Shown here: piece after piece, positions 19,040 to 28,239 of the stretch
Layout: each line of letters opens with the position of its first letter
Position numbering within the stretch: the stretch's first letter is position 1
NCBI GenBank assembly: GCA_018649885.1
Contig: JABIHA010000126.1
Span: 62,001-102,238, forward strand
Direction of reading: 5' to 3'
Length of the DNA: 40,238 bases
Source: Bacteriovoracaceae bacterium
GTDB taxonomy: Bacteria > Bdellovibrionota > Bacteriovoracia > Bacteriovoracales > Bacteriovoracaceae
Made by a program: the position numbers and the translations under genes
The notes under the pieces: model-generated
What the model was told of the DNA's origin: nothing
The model's input: only the letters and a program-made list of their open reading frames with translations
Database searches by the model: none

Positions 19040-20938
19040 ATGGGAAAACAATTATTTGGGCTACTGCAAAAGATTGGGAAATCTTTAATGCTGCCCGTAT
19101 CAGTATTACCTGTTGCAGGTATCTTACTTGGGGTTGGCGCAGCAAATTTTGGTTGGATGCCCCCAATCGTCTCAAACATCATGGCCCAGTCAGGCGGAGC
19201 TATATTTTCCAACCTGGCCTTAATCTTTGCCATTGGTGTAGCACTTGGACTCACAGAAAATGATGGAGTTGCCTCTCTAGCAGCAGTTGTCGGCTACGTT
19301 GTTCTCCTAGGCACCATGGGTGTTATGGCCTCAGGTGTTTTTGGACTTGAAACCAAAACCATAATGGGAATTAAAACCTTGGAAACGGGAGTTTTCGGAG
19401 GGATCCTGATAGGTTCAGCTGCGGGATTTTTGTTTAATAAATTCTATCGTATATCTCTGCCACCATACCTAGGTTTTTTTGCTGGCAAAAGATTTGTTCC
19501 TATCATTACAAGTTTTGCGGCCATAGCCATGGGAATTGCCCTATCAGTAGTATGGCCTCCAATCCAATCTGGAATTGATTCTTTTTCTCATTGGGCAACT
19601 GCTGGAAACCCAACTCTTATGAGTTTTGTCTACGGTGTAGGAGAAAGAAGCCTTATTCCTTTTGGACTTCACCATATATGGAATGTTCCCTTCTTTTTTG
19701 AGATTGGCTCATTTGCCAACTCAGCTGGAGAAGTTGTTCACGGTGATATCACCCGATTTTTTGCAGGTGATAAAACTGCTGGATTTTTAGGCGGAGCCTT
19801 TTTGTTTAAAATGTTTGGTCTTCCAGCTGCGGCACTTGCCATCTGGCATTCAGCAAAACCTGAAAATAAAAAGGCCGTCGGTGGAGTGATGATTTCAGCT
19901 GCTCTCACTTCTTTTTTAACAGGAATTACAGAGCCAATTGAATTTGCCTTCTTGTTTGTGGCACCACTTCTCTACGCCATTCACGCCCTTCTAGCAGGTG
20001 CTAGTTTTGTCCTGTTTGACTTACTAGGTGCTAAACTGGGAACGACTTTTTCTCATGGATTAATCGACTTTGTTCTCTACTGGAAACTGAGCACTAAGCC
20101 ATGGCTTGTTCTAATCTTTGGACCAATGTACGCAGCTCTCTACTACGGCATCTTTAGAGTGATGATAGCCAAATTTAACTTTCTCACTCCTGGTCGTGAA
20201 GATAAGGTTGAAGCAATTACACTCAAACCAGATCAAATCGGAGGCGAGCTAGTTGCTGCCTTCGGTGGTGCCAGCAATATCGAAAGCCTAGACGCTTGTA
20301 TCACTAGGCTTAGAATCACACTTGTAGATCTTTCTAAAGCCGATAAGGAGCGCATTAAAGCACTTGGTGCAACAGGTGTACTAGTTATTGGAAATAGCAT
20401 GCAGGCCATTTTCGGGACCCTTTCAGATAACTTAAAGACCCAAATGAAAATCTACATGGACCACCAAATTAACAAACCTGCCACTTCTGAAATAGTAGTC
20501 CACGCTCCCATGGCCGGACAAATCCTATCCCTAGAAGAAGTTCCAGATGAAGTTTTCTCTAGCAAAATGATGGGGGAAGGCTTTGCAGTTAAACCTACGG
20601 ACGGCGAAGTGAGATCTCCAGTTACAGGAGTCGTAGCTCACGTATTCCCTACAAAACACGCCATAGGCCTTATCGCCACAGATGGTACTGAAGTTTTAGT
20701 CCACTTTGGTATTGATAGTGTTAAATTAAAAGGTGAAGGAATTACGACCTACGTAAAAGAAGGCCAAGATGTGAAAGCAGGAGATCGTCTCTTAAGTGTT
20801 GATCTCAGCGCCATCGAAAGTAAAATTCCTTCAACTGTGACTCCCATCATTTTTACAAACCTTCCTGCAGGTAAAAAATTCTCACTTAATAAAAAGAATG
20901 TGGATATTAATCAATCTGATTTTTTAACTTGGCAATAA
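19040..20938 (+). CDS. ptsG: PTS glucose-family transporter EIICBA
   Basis: EIIC motifs [25 protein letters not shown] and [39 protein letters not shown]...VHFGIDSV. Confidence 0.93.
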   Translation: MGKQLFGLLQKIGKSLMLPVSVLPVAGILLGVGAANFGWMPPIVSNIMAQSGGAIFSNLALIFAIGVALGLTENDGVASLAAVVGYVVLLGTMGVMASGVFGLETKTIMGIKTLETGVFGGILIGSAAGFLFNKFYRISLPPYLGFFAGKRFVPIITSFAAIAMGIALSVVWPPIQSGIDSFSHWATAGNPTLMSFVYGVGERSLIPFGLHHIWNVPFFFEIGSFANSAGEVVHGDITRFFAGDKTAGFLGGAFLFKMFGLPAAALAIWHSAKPENKKAVGGVMISAALTSFLTGITEPIEFAFLFVAPLLYAIHALLAGASFVLFDLLGAKLGTTFSHGLIDFVLYWKLSTKPWLVLIFGPMYAALYYGIFRVMIAKFNFLTPGREDKVEAITLKPDQIGGELVAAFGGASNIESLDACITRLRITLVDLSKADKERIKALGATGVLVIGNSMQAIFGTLSDNLKTQMKIYMDHQINKPATSEIVVHAPMAGQILSLEEVPDEVFSSKMMGEGFAVKPTDGEVRSPVTGVVAHVFPTKHAIGLIATDGTEVLVHFGIDSVKLKGEGITTYVKEGQDVKAGDRLLSVDLSAIESKIPSTVTPIIFTNLPAGKKFSLNKKNVDINQSDFLTWQ

Positions 20939-20950
20939 AAGAAGCAAGCT

Positions 20951-20982
20951 GAGCGTCTATTTCAATAGGCGCTCTTTTTTTT
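20951..20982 (+). terminator. Rho-independent terminator of ptsG
   Basis: GAGCGTCTATT-TC-AATAGGCGCTC followed by T8. Confidence 0.9.
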
Positions 20983-20983
20983 A

Positions 20984-22036
20984 TTAAGGCTGTAATTCAA
21001 AAGTAATAGGGGATTTCATAACGGCGGCGATTGTCTGTGAAGGATCTACACCTTTATAAAGAACCTTATAAAGACCTACAAAAATTCGTGATTTAATTTG
21101 ATATTTTTGACTTAGAAGGTAGGCAGCTTTAGTTGTTTTATAACCTTCTACAACTGTCCTTTGAGATTTAATAATCTCCTCAGCACTTCTGCCTTTGGCA
21201 ATTTCAAGTCCAAAGAGCTTATTTCGACTCAAACCTCCTGTTGAGGTCAAAATCAAATCTCCCATCCCTGAAAGGCCATAAAATGTTTCTGGTCTAGCAT
21301 TAAAAACAACGCCAAATCGTCTCATCTCAACAATCCCTCTGGTAATCATGGCAGCCCTGGTATTGTGATTATAACCAAGGCCTTCAATAATCCCAGCAGC
21401 AATGGCCAAAATATTTTTAAGAGCACCCCCGAGAAGCACTCCTTTCACATCGTAAGTTGGAAGACATCTAAAATAACTTGTCTGCAACATTTCAGCGACT
21501 TTAAATAAGTTGTAATATGATCTTCCGGCAAGAGAAACAAGTGTGATTTGCTCTTCCAAGATCTCTTTTGCAAAAGATGGCCCAGAGAGAAAACAAAATG
21601 AATCTCTAAACTTTGGAAAATAATCGTAGAACAAATCATCGGGAAGCTCTAATGTATCTGGATCTATCCCTTTAGACAATGATACAAAAGGTATCTCTTT
21701 TTCTAGATAACTTAAAACGAGTTCTTTATTCTCTTCACAAAAATTTTTGATTGCACTTGAAGGCAGTCCAGAAACAACTAGCTCAAGCTCACCGTCAGTT
21801 CTTTTTTCAACCTCATCCCAAGTTAGGGCGGGTACAATATTCTTTGGTAGTTTATGGCCTGGAAGGTAAATCTTGTTTTCACCTTCTAGAAGGCCTCGGT
21901 AATTATCCTCAGATCTAACTTTTAAAATAACCGTTTTAAAGTTACTTGCAAGAACTGAGGCGATTGATGTCCCAAAAGCTCCGGCCCCAATAACTAATGC
22001 TGTATCGTAACTGGGATTTTCTTGTTTAGCTTTTAT
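20984..22036 (-). CDS. gpsA: NAD(P)H-dependent glycerol-3-phosphate dehydrogenase, about 350 aa, apparent ATA start
   Basis: The track ORF (231 aa) has SKG, LSGPSFA, GGALKN, GLSGMGDL and SRN motifs. The same frame is open 119 codons further upstream and includes Rossmann VIGAGAFGTS and ENKIYLPG. AGGAG lies 5 nt before ATA at 22036. Confidence 0.93.
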   Translation of the reverse strand: MKAKQENPSYDTALVIGAGAFGTSIASVLASNFKTVILKVRSEDNYRGLLEGENKIYLPGHKLPKNIVPALTWDEVEKRTDGELELVVSGLPSSAIKNFCEENKELVLSYLEKEIPFVSLSKGIDPDTLELPDDLFYDYFPKFRDSFCFLSGPSFAKEILEEQITLVSLAGRSYYNLFKVAEMLQTSYFRCLPTYDVKGVLLGGALKNILAIAAGIIEGLGYNHNTRAAMITRGIVEMRRFGVVFNARPETFYGLSGMGDLILTSTGGLSRNKLFGLEIAKGRSAEEIIKSQRTVVEGYKTTKAAYLLSQKYQIKSRIFVGLYKVLYKGVDPSQTIAAVMKSPITFELQP

Positions 22037-22050
22037 GGGTGCTCCTGTTG

Positions 22051-22311
22051 TTAAAGTCCCATGACTCCATCAATGCCATTAACTTTTTCATAAAGATTTA
22101 ATACTTCGTCTGAGGAGTTTACCAAAACATGTGCAGTAAAGCTTCTATACTTACCAGTTTTTGAAGCTCTAATAGTCACACGGTGCTCCTTCAAAATGTC
22201 GTTTACTAAGTGTGATGTTTCGCTTTTTACGATACATTTAAAATTGTAGTGTGCCGGCCAGTCATATTGCCGATCAAGAAGTTCCTTGAACTTCTCCCGT
22301 TTTTCCCCCAT
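22051..22311 (-). CDS. DUF493/YbeD family protein
   Basis: WPAHYNFKCIV, SKTGKYRSFT and LYEKV...GVMGL; 86 aa. Confidence 0.85.
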   Translation of the reverse strand: MGEKREKFKELLDRQYDWPAHYNFKCIVKSETSHLVNDILKEHRVTIRASKTGKYRSFTAHVLVNSSDEVLNLYEKVNGIDGVMGL

Positions 22312-22584
22312 GGGCCCTTCCTAAGTTAATAGTCTGCGTTTCGAGTAGTGGAGGATATTTCTCAAATATAAAACTATTAGGCAACAAAAGTAGGCATTTC
22401 AAAATTTCACAACGTTTTCAACAGGTTATTCAGTAAAAAAAATACAACTCAAGACTAGCGCACAGCAAGGCGATGAGGTACAATGACCCCTTGCGTTATT
22501 GCGATCATCGGAATGTAAGCTCAAGTCTATCGCTATCATTAATGGGTTTTATTTTTGATCCTATACTTCGGGGGAGGCAGGGAG

Positions 22585-24786
22585 ATGAAAGCACTAATAC
22601 TACTTCTAGTACTTGTTTTATCGTCACAAGCTTTTGCGGGCACTCGCTTTAACAAGATTGTCTTAAAAAAATCATTGGCCGATAGACGTGAAATTCTAAA
22701 AAAGAAAAAACTATCGAAAGCTGATTTAGATAGTCTTGAAAAATCTAATAAGAAACTTTTTAAAGGCACATTAAAAGTTGCTCCACTGGGAACTATCAGT
22801 AGCCCGAGTTTGTCTACTGGTGGAAGTTCAAAGTCAATGCTGAGAGCAAGTGAAGGCTTTAAACTTCCCGACTTTAAAGAAGATCCCATCAAAGGGGCAA
22901 ATCCTTGGGAGGATACCGATCCACTTTTCAAAGAAATCCTAGGATATCTTCAACCCAATTATGAAGACCTGGGTGTTGCTCAAATTGCAAACCTTCTGTC
23001 ATTTAATCATGATTTTGACCTAGGCCAGGAAAACTTCAATGGCTTTACTTGGTATAAACCAATGGGAACTTTTTCTATTGGAGTCAACAGAGACCTGGCA
23101 CCTGACTTATTCGATGACAAGCGCTGGATTGTAACAGATACATTCCACCTGGTGATTGATGCAAAGACACTAATCTCAAATTTAGTGGAAGAAGACATGA
23201 TAGAGCCCATGACCGATGTTCAAATGGGGGCCTTTGCGGGATTAAGTTTCAAAAGAACTTATACCTATGTTCACTTTGCAAATTCATTTGCAGAGGGACT
23301 GAAAAATGATTTAGATAAGCTTTTTTTCAGCTTCTTAAAATTCAAAGGCCACGGCATCCAGACCCTTAAGCCTTACGAGTATCTCACCAAGCAAGATAGC
23401 TTTGTTGTTAGTGCAGGTGCTGTCGTCTACTCTCCATCATTTTATGGATTCTCAGCAAAAGCAGGGGCACTTTTTAAATTCAATCATGTCTCTAAGGTGC
23501 AGATTCAATCCCTTGGTGACGGTGACTCAAAAGATGCAGATGAAAGACTAAGAGTGGTATTAGAAAAGTCAAACAAGATTACGGCAGCAGCAAAAGCTGA
23601 GGTGATGCTCGACTTTTATGGACTTCTCCAATTGACACTTTTAAGTTTTGATTTAGAGTTTGAGTTTGAAGAAAAACATGACACCTACTTAACATTTAAC
23701 CATGCTGATTTCGAAAAGTTAGAAGACGAAGAAAATGAGGACTGGAAAGAGCTAAAGCAAGTTCTGAGACTCAGAAAAATTGACTTCAAAGCTCTTAAAG
23801 ACAATGTCATCTCACAAAATTACAAAAAATCTATTAAGAGTAAGGCCCAATACATGGCGCTTGTCTTTGGGGGAAATGTCACAAGTAATAGTGCCACCTA
23901 CAATATAATCAAAGACAACCTGGTGACCTCATTTTTAAAAACAAGTATCTCGAATCTTCGCTACGTGGAAGTTCTATGGAGTAAGCTCCTTGGAGGTGTC
24001 ACTAAAGCTATTTTAGGCATGAACCTCTTTGGTTCAAAATACTACAGCTATAAAAGAAGAAATATGTCCCTCGAATATAGAAAGGTTGAGGAGTATATAA
24101 AATCTGACAAGCAAGAATATGTAGATCTAGAAGATAGCCTTTCAATACTTCTTACCCAAGAGTACTACACAGCTGGCACCAAAGGCTTTCTCAATAAAGG
24201 TTACAAAAACGAGCTATTAAAAATGGTGGAGGATTATTCTAATCTGAGCTACCAGGTTTACGAGCTGGTAAAAAATGACACTCTCATAGGTCCGGCCACA
24301 ATTAGTACCAGTATCAGAGTTAGTAGAAGTGGCCTTGATTACTTTAATGCCATGTCAGAGGATGAGGCCTTCTATTATTTGACAACAATATGCAAAACTA
24401 AAAGACCAGAATTTTGGATGGAAATGAAAACCAGAAATAGAGGACTGGGGAGATGGCAAATAGGCAAGGCCGAGGTTTGCATGAAAAAGCTTGGGAAGTA
24501 TTTTAGAAGCTATCATACGGAACTCGCTAAATCGGACAAAATCCCACTAGCAGACCTGGAGAAGTTTACAAAACAACTCCACAAAAGAATAAGGCGTCTT
24601 GATTATATCCTTCTATTCTTTGGCCATGATAATGCTTTTTTTAGTGGAAGCTTTACGGCGAGCACTGGTAAAAACAACCCACTATTTCACACTTTCTTTC
24701 AGGGCGGGCAATTTGAGGGGCTCGGCATGATTCACAACTACCAATACGAGCAGGGGCAACGAGTCCCCGCATCCATAAAGAATTAA
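22585..24786 (+). CDS. Large hypothetical secreted protein
   Basis: GGAGG/GGAG RBS before ATG 22585 and a signal peptide ending QAFA; about 733 aa with a beta-strand-rich middle; no family recognised. Confidence 0.85.
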   Translation: MKALILLLVLVLSSQAFAGTRFNKIVLKKSLADRREILKKKKLSKADLDSLEKSNKKLFKGTLKVAPLGTISSPSLSTGGSSKSMLRASEGFKLPDFKEDPIKGANPWEDTDPLFKEILGYLQPNYEDLGVAQIANLLSFNHDFDLGQENFNGFTWYKPMGTFSIGVNRDLAPDLFDDKRWIVTDTFHLVIDAKTLISNLVEEDMIEPMTDVQMGAFAGLSFKRTYTYVHFANSFAEGLKNDLDKLFFSFLKFKGHGIQTLKPYEYLTKQDSFVVSAGAVVYSPSFYGFSAKAGALFKFNHVSKVQIQSLGDGDSKDADERLRVVLEKSNKITAAAKAEVMLDFYGLLQLTLLSFDLEFEFEEKHDTYLTFNHADFEKLEDEENEDWKELKQVLRLRKIDFKALKDNVISQNYKKSIKSKAQYMALVFGGNVTSNSATYNIIKDNLVTSFLKTSISNLRYVEVLWSKLLGGVTKAILGMNLFGSKYYSYKRRNMSLEYRKVEEYIKSDKQEYVDLEDSLSILLTQEYYTAGTKGFLNKGYKNELLKMVEDYSNLSYQVYELVKNDTLIGPATISTSIRVSRSGLDYFNAMSEDEAFYYLTTICKTKRPEFWMEMKTRNRGLGRWQIGKAEVCMKKLGKYFRSYHTELAKSDKIPLADLEKFTKQLHKRIRRLDYILLFFGHDNAFFSGSFTASTGKNNPLFHTFFQGGQFEGLGMIHNYQYEQGQRVPASIKN

Positions 24787-24810
24787 GATTACTTAAGATC
24801 TCCGCGGTGC

Positions 24811-24853
24811 AAGAGTATCTGTCATTGTAAGGTACTCTTTCATTCATTATACT
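24811..24853 (+). promoter_or_regulatory. Hairpin (terminator or operator) overlapping the phhA sigma-70 promoter
   Basis: Inverted repeat AAGAGTATCT/AGGTACTCTT (24811-24839); TTGTAA (24825-24830), 17 nt, TATACT (24848-24853). Confidence 0.6.
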
Positions 24854-24883
24854 GGGCACGTCATTTTTTAAGGAGATAAAACC

Positions 24884-26653
24884 ATGGGTGCCTACCAGGA
24901 AGTCGTAGATAAACTTCCTCCACACTTAAAGATATTTGCCGTAGATCAAAACTATGATCAGTACAGCCCTATCAACCAAGCTTGCTGGCGCTATATTATG
25001 AGAGGCCACCTACACCACTTTAAAAAACATGGCCCAAAAGTCTACACAGATGGAATCCATAAATCGGGAATAACAGTTGATGAAATTCCCACCATCGATG
25101 GTATCAACGAGCATTTGGCCAAAATGGGCTGGAGTGCTGTTGTTGTCAACGGCTTCATACCACCAAATGCCTTCATGGAATTCCAGCAACACAAAATCTT
25201 TCCCGTTTCTGCGGAAATGAGAACAATGGAACACATTCTCTACACTCCAGCTCCTGATATTGTTCACGAAGCAGCTGGACATGTTCCCATTATCCTTGAA
25301 AGTGAGTACTCCGAATTTTTAAGTAAAGTTGGTGAATACGGGTCAAAATCTATTTTCACTAAAAAAGATCAAGAGGTGTACAAGGCCATAAGAAATCTCA
25401 GTATTGTCAAAGAGTGGCCTAACGCTACCGAAGAAGATGTAGTAAATGCTGAAAAAAATCTAACCCTTACGCTGGAAAAAAATGAAACTCCATCCGAAGC
25501 CACTTTAATTTCAAGATTTCATTGGTGGACAGTTGAGTACGGGCTAGTGGGAGAAGTTGAAAATCCAGAAATTTTTGGAGCAGGACTTCTTTCAAGTATG
25601 GGAGAATCCAGAACCTGCCTTGATAGCGATGTAAAAAAGATACCTCTTTCTATTGATTGCTTTAACTACTCTTACGACATTACTAGTAAACAGCCACAGC
25701 TCTTTGTCGCCAAAGACTGGGAGCACTTATTGAATGTACTTGAAGAGTTTGCAAGCACTATGGCCTTTCGAGTGGGAGGAGTCGTTTCACTGGAAAAAGC
25801 AATCGCCAGTGAAAATCAAGCGACGATTCAATACTCTTCAGGACTTCAGGTATCGGGACTTTTAACAAAAGCTCACTGCGCAGGAGAACTTGAAACTTAT
25901 ATTCAGATGACGGGACCAACATCACTTTGCTTCCACGATAAAGAGCTAAAAAATCATGGCCCTGAACAACACGGGGAAGGTTTTGGCTCTCCTGTAGGAA
26001 AACTTGTCGATGTAAAAAGACCCCTGGAAAATCATACAAATGATGAACTTAAAGAGATTGGAATTACCATCGGTGAAAGTTGTGAGCTCAATTTCCTCTC
26101 AGGTGTAAAAGTTTCTGGGGTATTAAAAGAATTAAAGAGAAAAGAAAATAAAAAAATCATCTTAATGACTTTTGAAAACTGCACAGTTACAGGTTCAAAG
26201 GGAGAGGAACTCTTTAATCCATCATGGGGAGTTTACGATATGGCCGTTGGAGAGAGAATCGTCTCTGTCTTCTCGGGCCCTGCAGATAAAGTTAAATACC
26301 CCGACGGAACCTATAAGTCAGATGATAATGCGATTGAGATAAAGTACACCGAAGAAGAAAAAACATTATTCAAAAAATATTCAAAAGTTAGAACCATAAG
26401 AGAAAATGTTAAAAAAGGTGCAAAGCTTGATATGAATGAATTGCACCTCATTTATATGAACCTCAAAAAGAAGTACCCAAGCGACTGGCTCCTTCGCATA
26501 GAAATCTATGAGCTTTTAGTAAGCGATGAAGAAAATGCCGAGCACTCCATGGTAGGCTCAATCACAGAAGAGCTTGAAAAACTTAAAGAAGTAAGTGTTG
26601 AGCAAAAATTTCTGATTGAAGAAGGCATTAAATTAATTCAACTAGCACTCTAG
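24884..26653 (+). CDS. phhA: Pterin-dependent aromatic amino acid hydroxylase (long-form phenylalanine 4-monooxygenase)
   Basis: YTPAPDIVHEAAGHVP (Fe-His pair), WWTVEYGL and GAGLLSSMGE, followed by a C-terminal extension of about 300 aa. Confidence 0.92.
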   Translation: MGAYQEVVDKLPPHLKIFAVDQNYDQYSPINQACWRYIMRGHLHHFKKHGPKVYTDGIHKSGITVDEIPTIDGINEHLAKMGWSAVVVNGFIPPNAFMEFQQHKIFPVSAEMRTMEHILYTPAPDIVHEAAGHVPIILESEYSEFLSKVGEYGSKSIFTKKDQEVYKAIRNLSIVKEWPNATEEDVVNAEKNLTLTLEKNETPSEATLISRFHWWTVEYGLVGEVENPEIFGAGLLSSMGESRTCLDSDVKKIPLSIDCFNYSYDITSKQPQLFVAKDWEHLLNVLEEFASTMAFRVGGVVSLEKAIASENQATIQYSSGLQVSGLLTKAHCAGELETYIQMTGPTSLCFHDKELKNHGPEQHGEGFGSPVGKLVDVKRPLENHTNDELKEIGITIGESCELNFLSGVKVSGVLKELKRKENKKIILMTFENCTVTGSKGEELFNPSWGVYDMAVGERIVSVFSGPADKVKYPDGTYKSDDNAIEIKYTEEEKTLFKKYSKVRTIRENVKKGAKLDMNELHLIYMNLKKKYPSDWLLRIEIYELLVSDEENAEHSMVGSITEELEKLKEVSVEQKFLIEEGIKLIQLAL

Positions 26654-26739
26654 TCGAATTAATTGGAGCTACAGTAAATCCTTTACAAGGCTGTATCCAT
26701 TTTAGGTAACTAAAATAGAACCGACTTTTCAGCACTCCT

Positions 26740-26836
26740 ACTTGGACTTTGACCTAGGTTTAGGTTTAGCCAAAAAAATAGATCAAAGTGACTGCATAAA
26801 ATTAGGCTAGACCTAAACCTAGGTCAATGTCCAAGT
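26740..26836. repeat. 32-bp near-perfect inverted repeat (REPIN/MITE-like hairpin)
   Basis: Arms at 26740-26771 and 26805-26836 are complementary at 30 of 32 positions, with a 33-nt spacer. Confidence 0.9.
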
Positions 26837-26853
26837 CCAGGTATTATTTGGTA

Positions 26854-27519
26854 CTAATTAGTTGTTCTGCCTTCTTTTTCTAGTGAAAGCTGGGCCTTTT
26901 TGACAATGTCATCGGCATTTTTCTTGTCAACTACTGCAATGATATTAAACTCTTCTTTCATGTCTCTTCTAGACATGGCAAGGCCCTGATCTAGGTCATA
27001 AAGCGTTTGAAAGTCAGCTGAAGATATAGTTTTTTCTTTTAAAATAATAGGTCCACTTCCATGTTTGTATTTGCTAAGAGCTGGAAGCTTGTAAACTCTT
27101 AAACGGTTTTGCATAGGTCCTATAACAGTAAGGTCGTAAATGGTTTCTTTATATTTCACGACAAATTTATCAGTATCATCTTCAAGGATATAATAGGGAG
27201 TATTAAACCAGGTTTTAACACCGTTAAGTGAGACTTCATCATCTTTTTTTTCTTTTTTGCCATTTCTCACTTTGCCTTTATAAATAAAGGGACTTTCCTC
27301 AAGTGGGCTTTGATATTCAAAATTATCTTTGTTAAATCTTTTGAAATGATCCTTGTTTATTTTCTCTAAGACTTTTGATTTGATATCAGCCGCTTTGGCG
27401 ACAATGATCATATTCTTTGTTTGCCCAAATACTTTAGTACTCACAGCCATTTGTTGTTTTTGATTTACAGCGCAGCCAAAGAACGCGACTACCATCATAG
27501 ATAAAATTATAAGCTTCAT
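26854..27519 (-). CDS. Hypothetical lipoprotein
   Basis: GGGAGG RBS, lipobox FFGC, Lys-rich; no family recognised. Confidence 0.8.
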   Translation of the reverse strand: MKLIILSMMVVAFFGCAVNQKQQMAVSTKVFGQTKNMIIVAKAADIKSKVLEKINKDHFKRFNKDNFEYQSPLEESPFIYKGKVRNGKKEKKDDEVSLNGVKTWFNTPYYILEDDTDKFVVKYKETIYDLTVIGPMQNRLRVYKLPALSKYKHGSGPIILKEKTISSADFQTLYDLDQGLAMSRRDMKEEFNIIAVVDKKNADDIVKKAQLSLEKEGRTTN

Positions 27520-27537
27520 AACCCCTCCCTAGATTTA

Positions 27538-28239
27538 TTACCTTTCTATTTGTCCTAAATTTGAATCGATTACAGATCCATTCATAACTGGATTTTCAAT
27601 ACAAAATTCCACAACTCTTGCTTGCTCTTCAGGCGTAATTAAACGCCCAAAGCTAACACCACCTGCAACGCTTTTAACTATCTCAGGATCAGCACCCAAG
27701 TGAGTTTGCAACATCTCGGTGTCTGTAAATCCTGGGCAAATACAAGACGTGTGAATCATACGACCTACCAGGTCTTGGCATGTTGCCCTCATCAGTCCAA
27801 CTAATCCATGTTTTGAGCTGACATATGAACATGCTCCAGCAACGGCCTTGTGGGCCAAGGTGGAGCCTATGTATATAATTGAAGAACCCTCTCCCATTAA
27901 GGGGAGGACCATTTGATTGAGAATAAGTGGTGCTACTAAATTGACTTCTAAAACTTCTCTAAATTGACTCGATGATAGGTTTAAAGTGCTGTCTTTTTTT
28001 AAACTGCCAGCATTGTGAACTAAAGAAAACTTTTTATCACCATCAAGAAATTTTTCAATCTTGCCTTTCAGGTCTTGATTTTCATCCAATCTTTGAAGAT
28101 CAACATTCTCCCAGCTAACTTCTTTTTCTGGGCAAGGTGTTCTAGACAGGCATAGGACCTGATGGCCCCTCGAAATTAAAAGCTTGGCCGTGGCAAGTCC
28201 AATTCCTCTTGAGGCTCCGGTGATGATACATTTACTCAC
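27538..28239 (-). CDS. SDR family oxidoreductase
   Basis: TGASRGIG, HNAG, catalytic YVSSK and ICPGFTDT; overlaps the upstream PTPS stop. Confidence 0.93.
   Translation of the reverse strand: MSKCIITGASRGIGLATAKLLISRGHQVLCLSRTPCPEKEVSWENVDLQRLDENQDLKGKIEKFLDGDKKFSLVHNAGSLKKDSTLNLSSSQFREVLEVNLVAPLILNQMVLPLMGEGSSIIYIGSTLAHKAVAGACSYVSSKHGLVGLMRATCQDLVGRMIHTSCICPGFTDTEMLQTHLGADPEIVKSVAGGVSFGRLITPEEQARVVEFCIENPVMNGSVIDSNLGQIER

Noticed and set aside
22410..22432. DnaA-box-like TTTTCAACA / TTATTCAGT
   Set aside because: Each has two or more mismatches to TTATCCACA, and there is no box cluster or origin-linked gene.
22469..22500. Fluoride (crcB) riboswitch, suggested by GGCGATGAGG
   Set aside because: The downstream pairing segment and the conserved 3' motif are missing, and no fluoride-related gene is adjacent.
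22448..22533. Mini CRISPR array
   Set aside because: There are only two imperfect 14-bp repeats, too short for CRISPR repeats, and no cas genes in the window.
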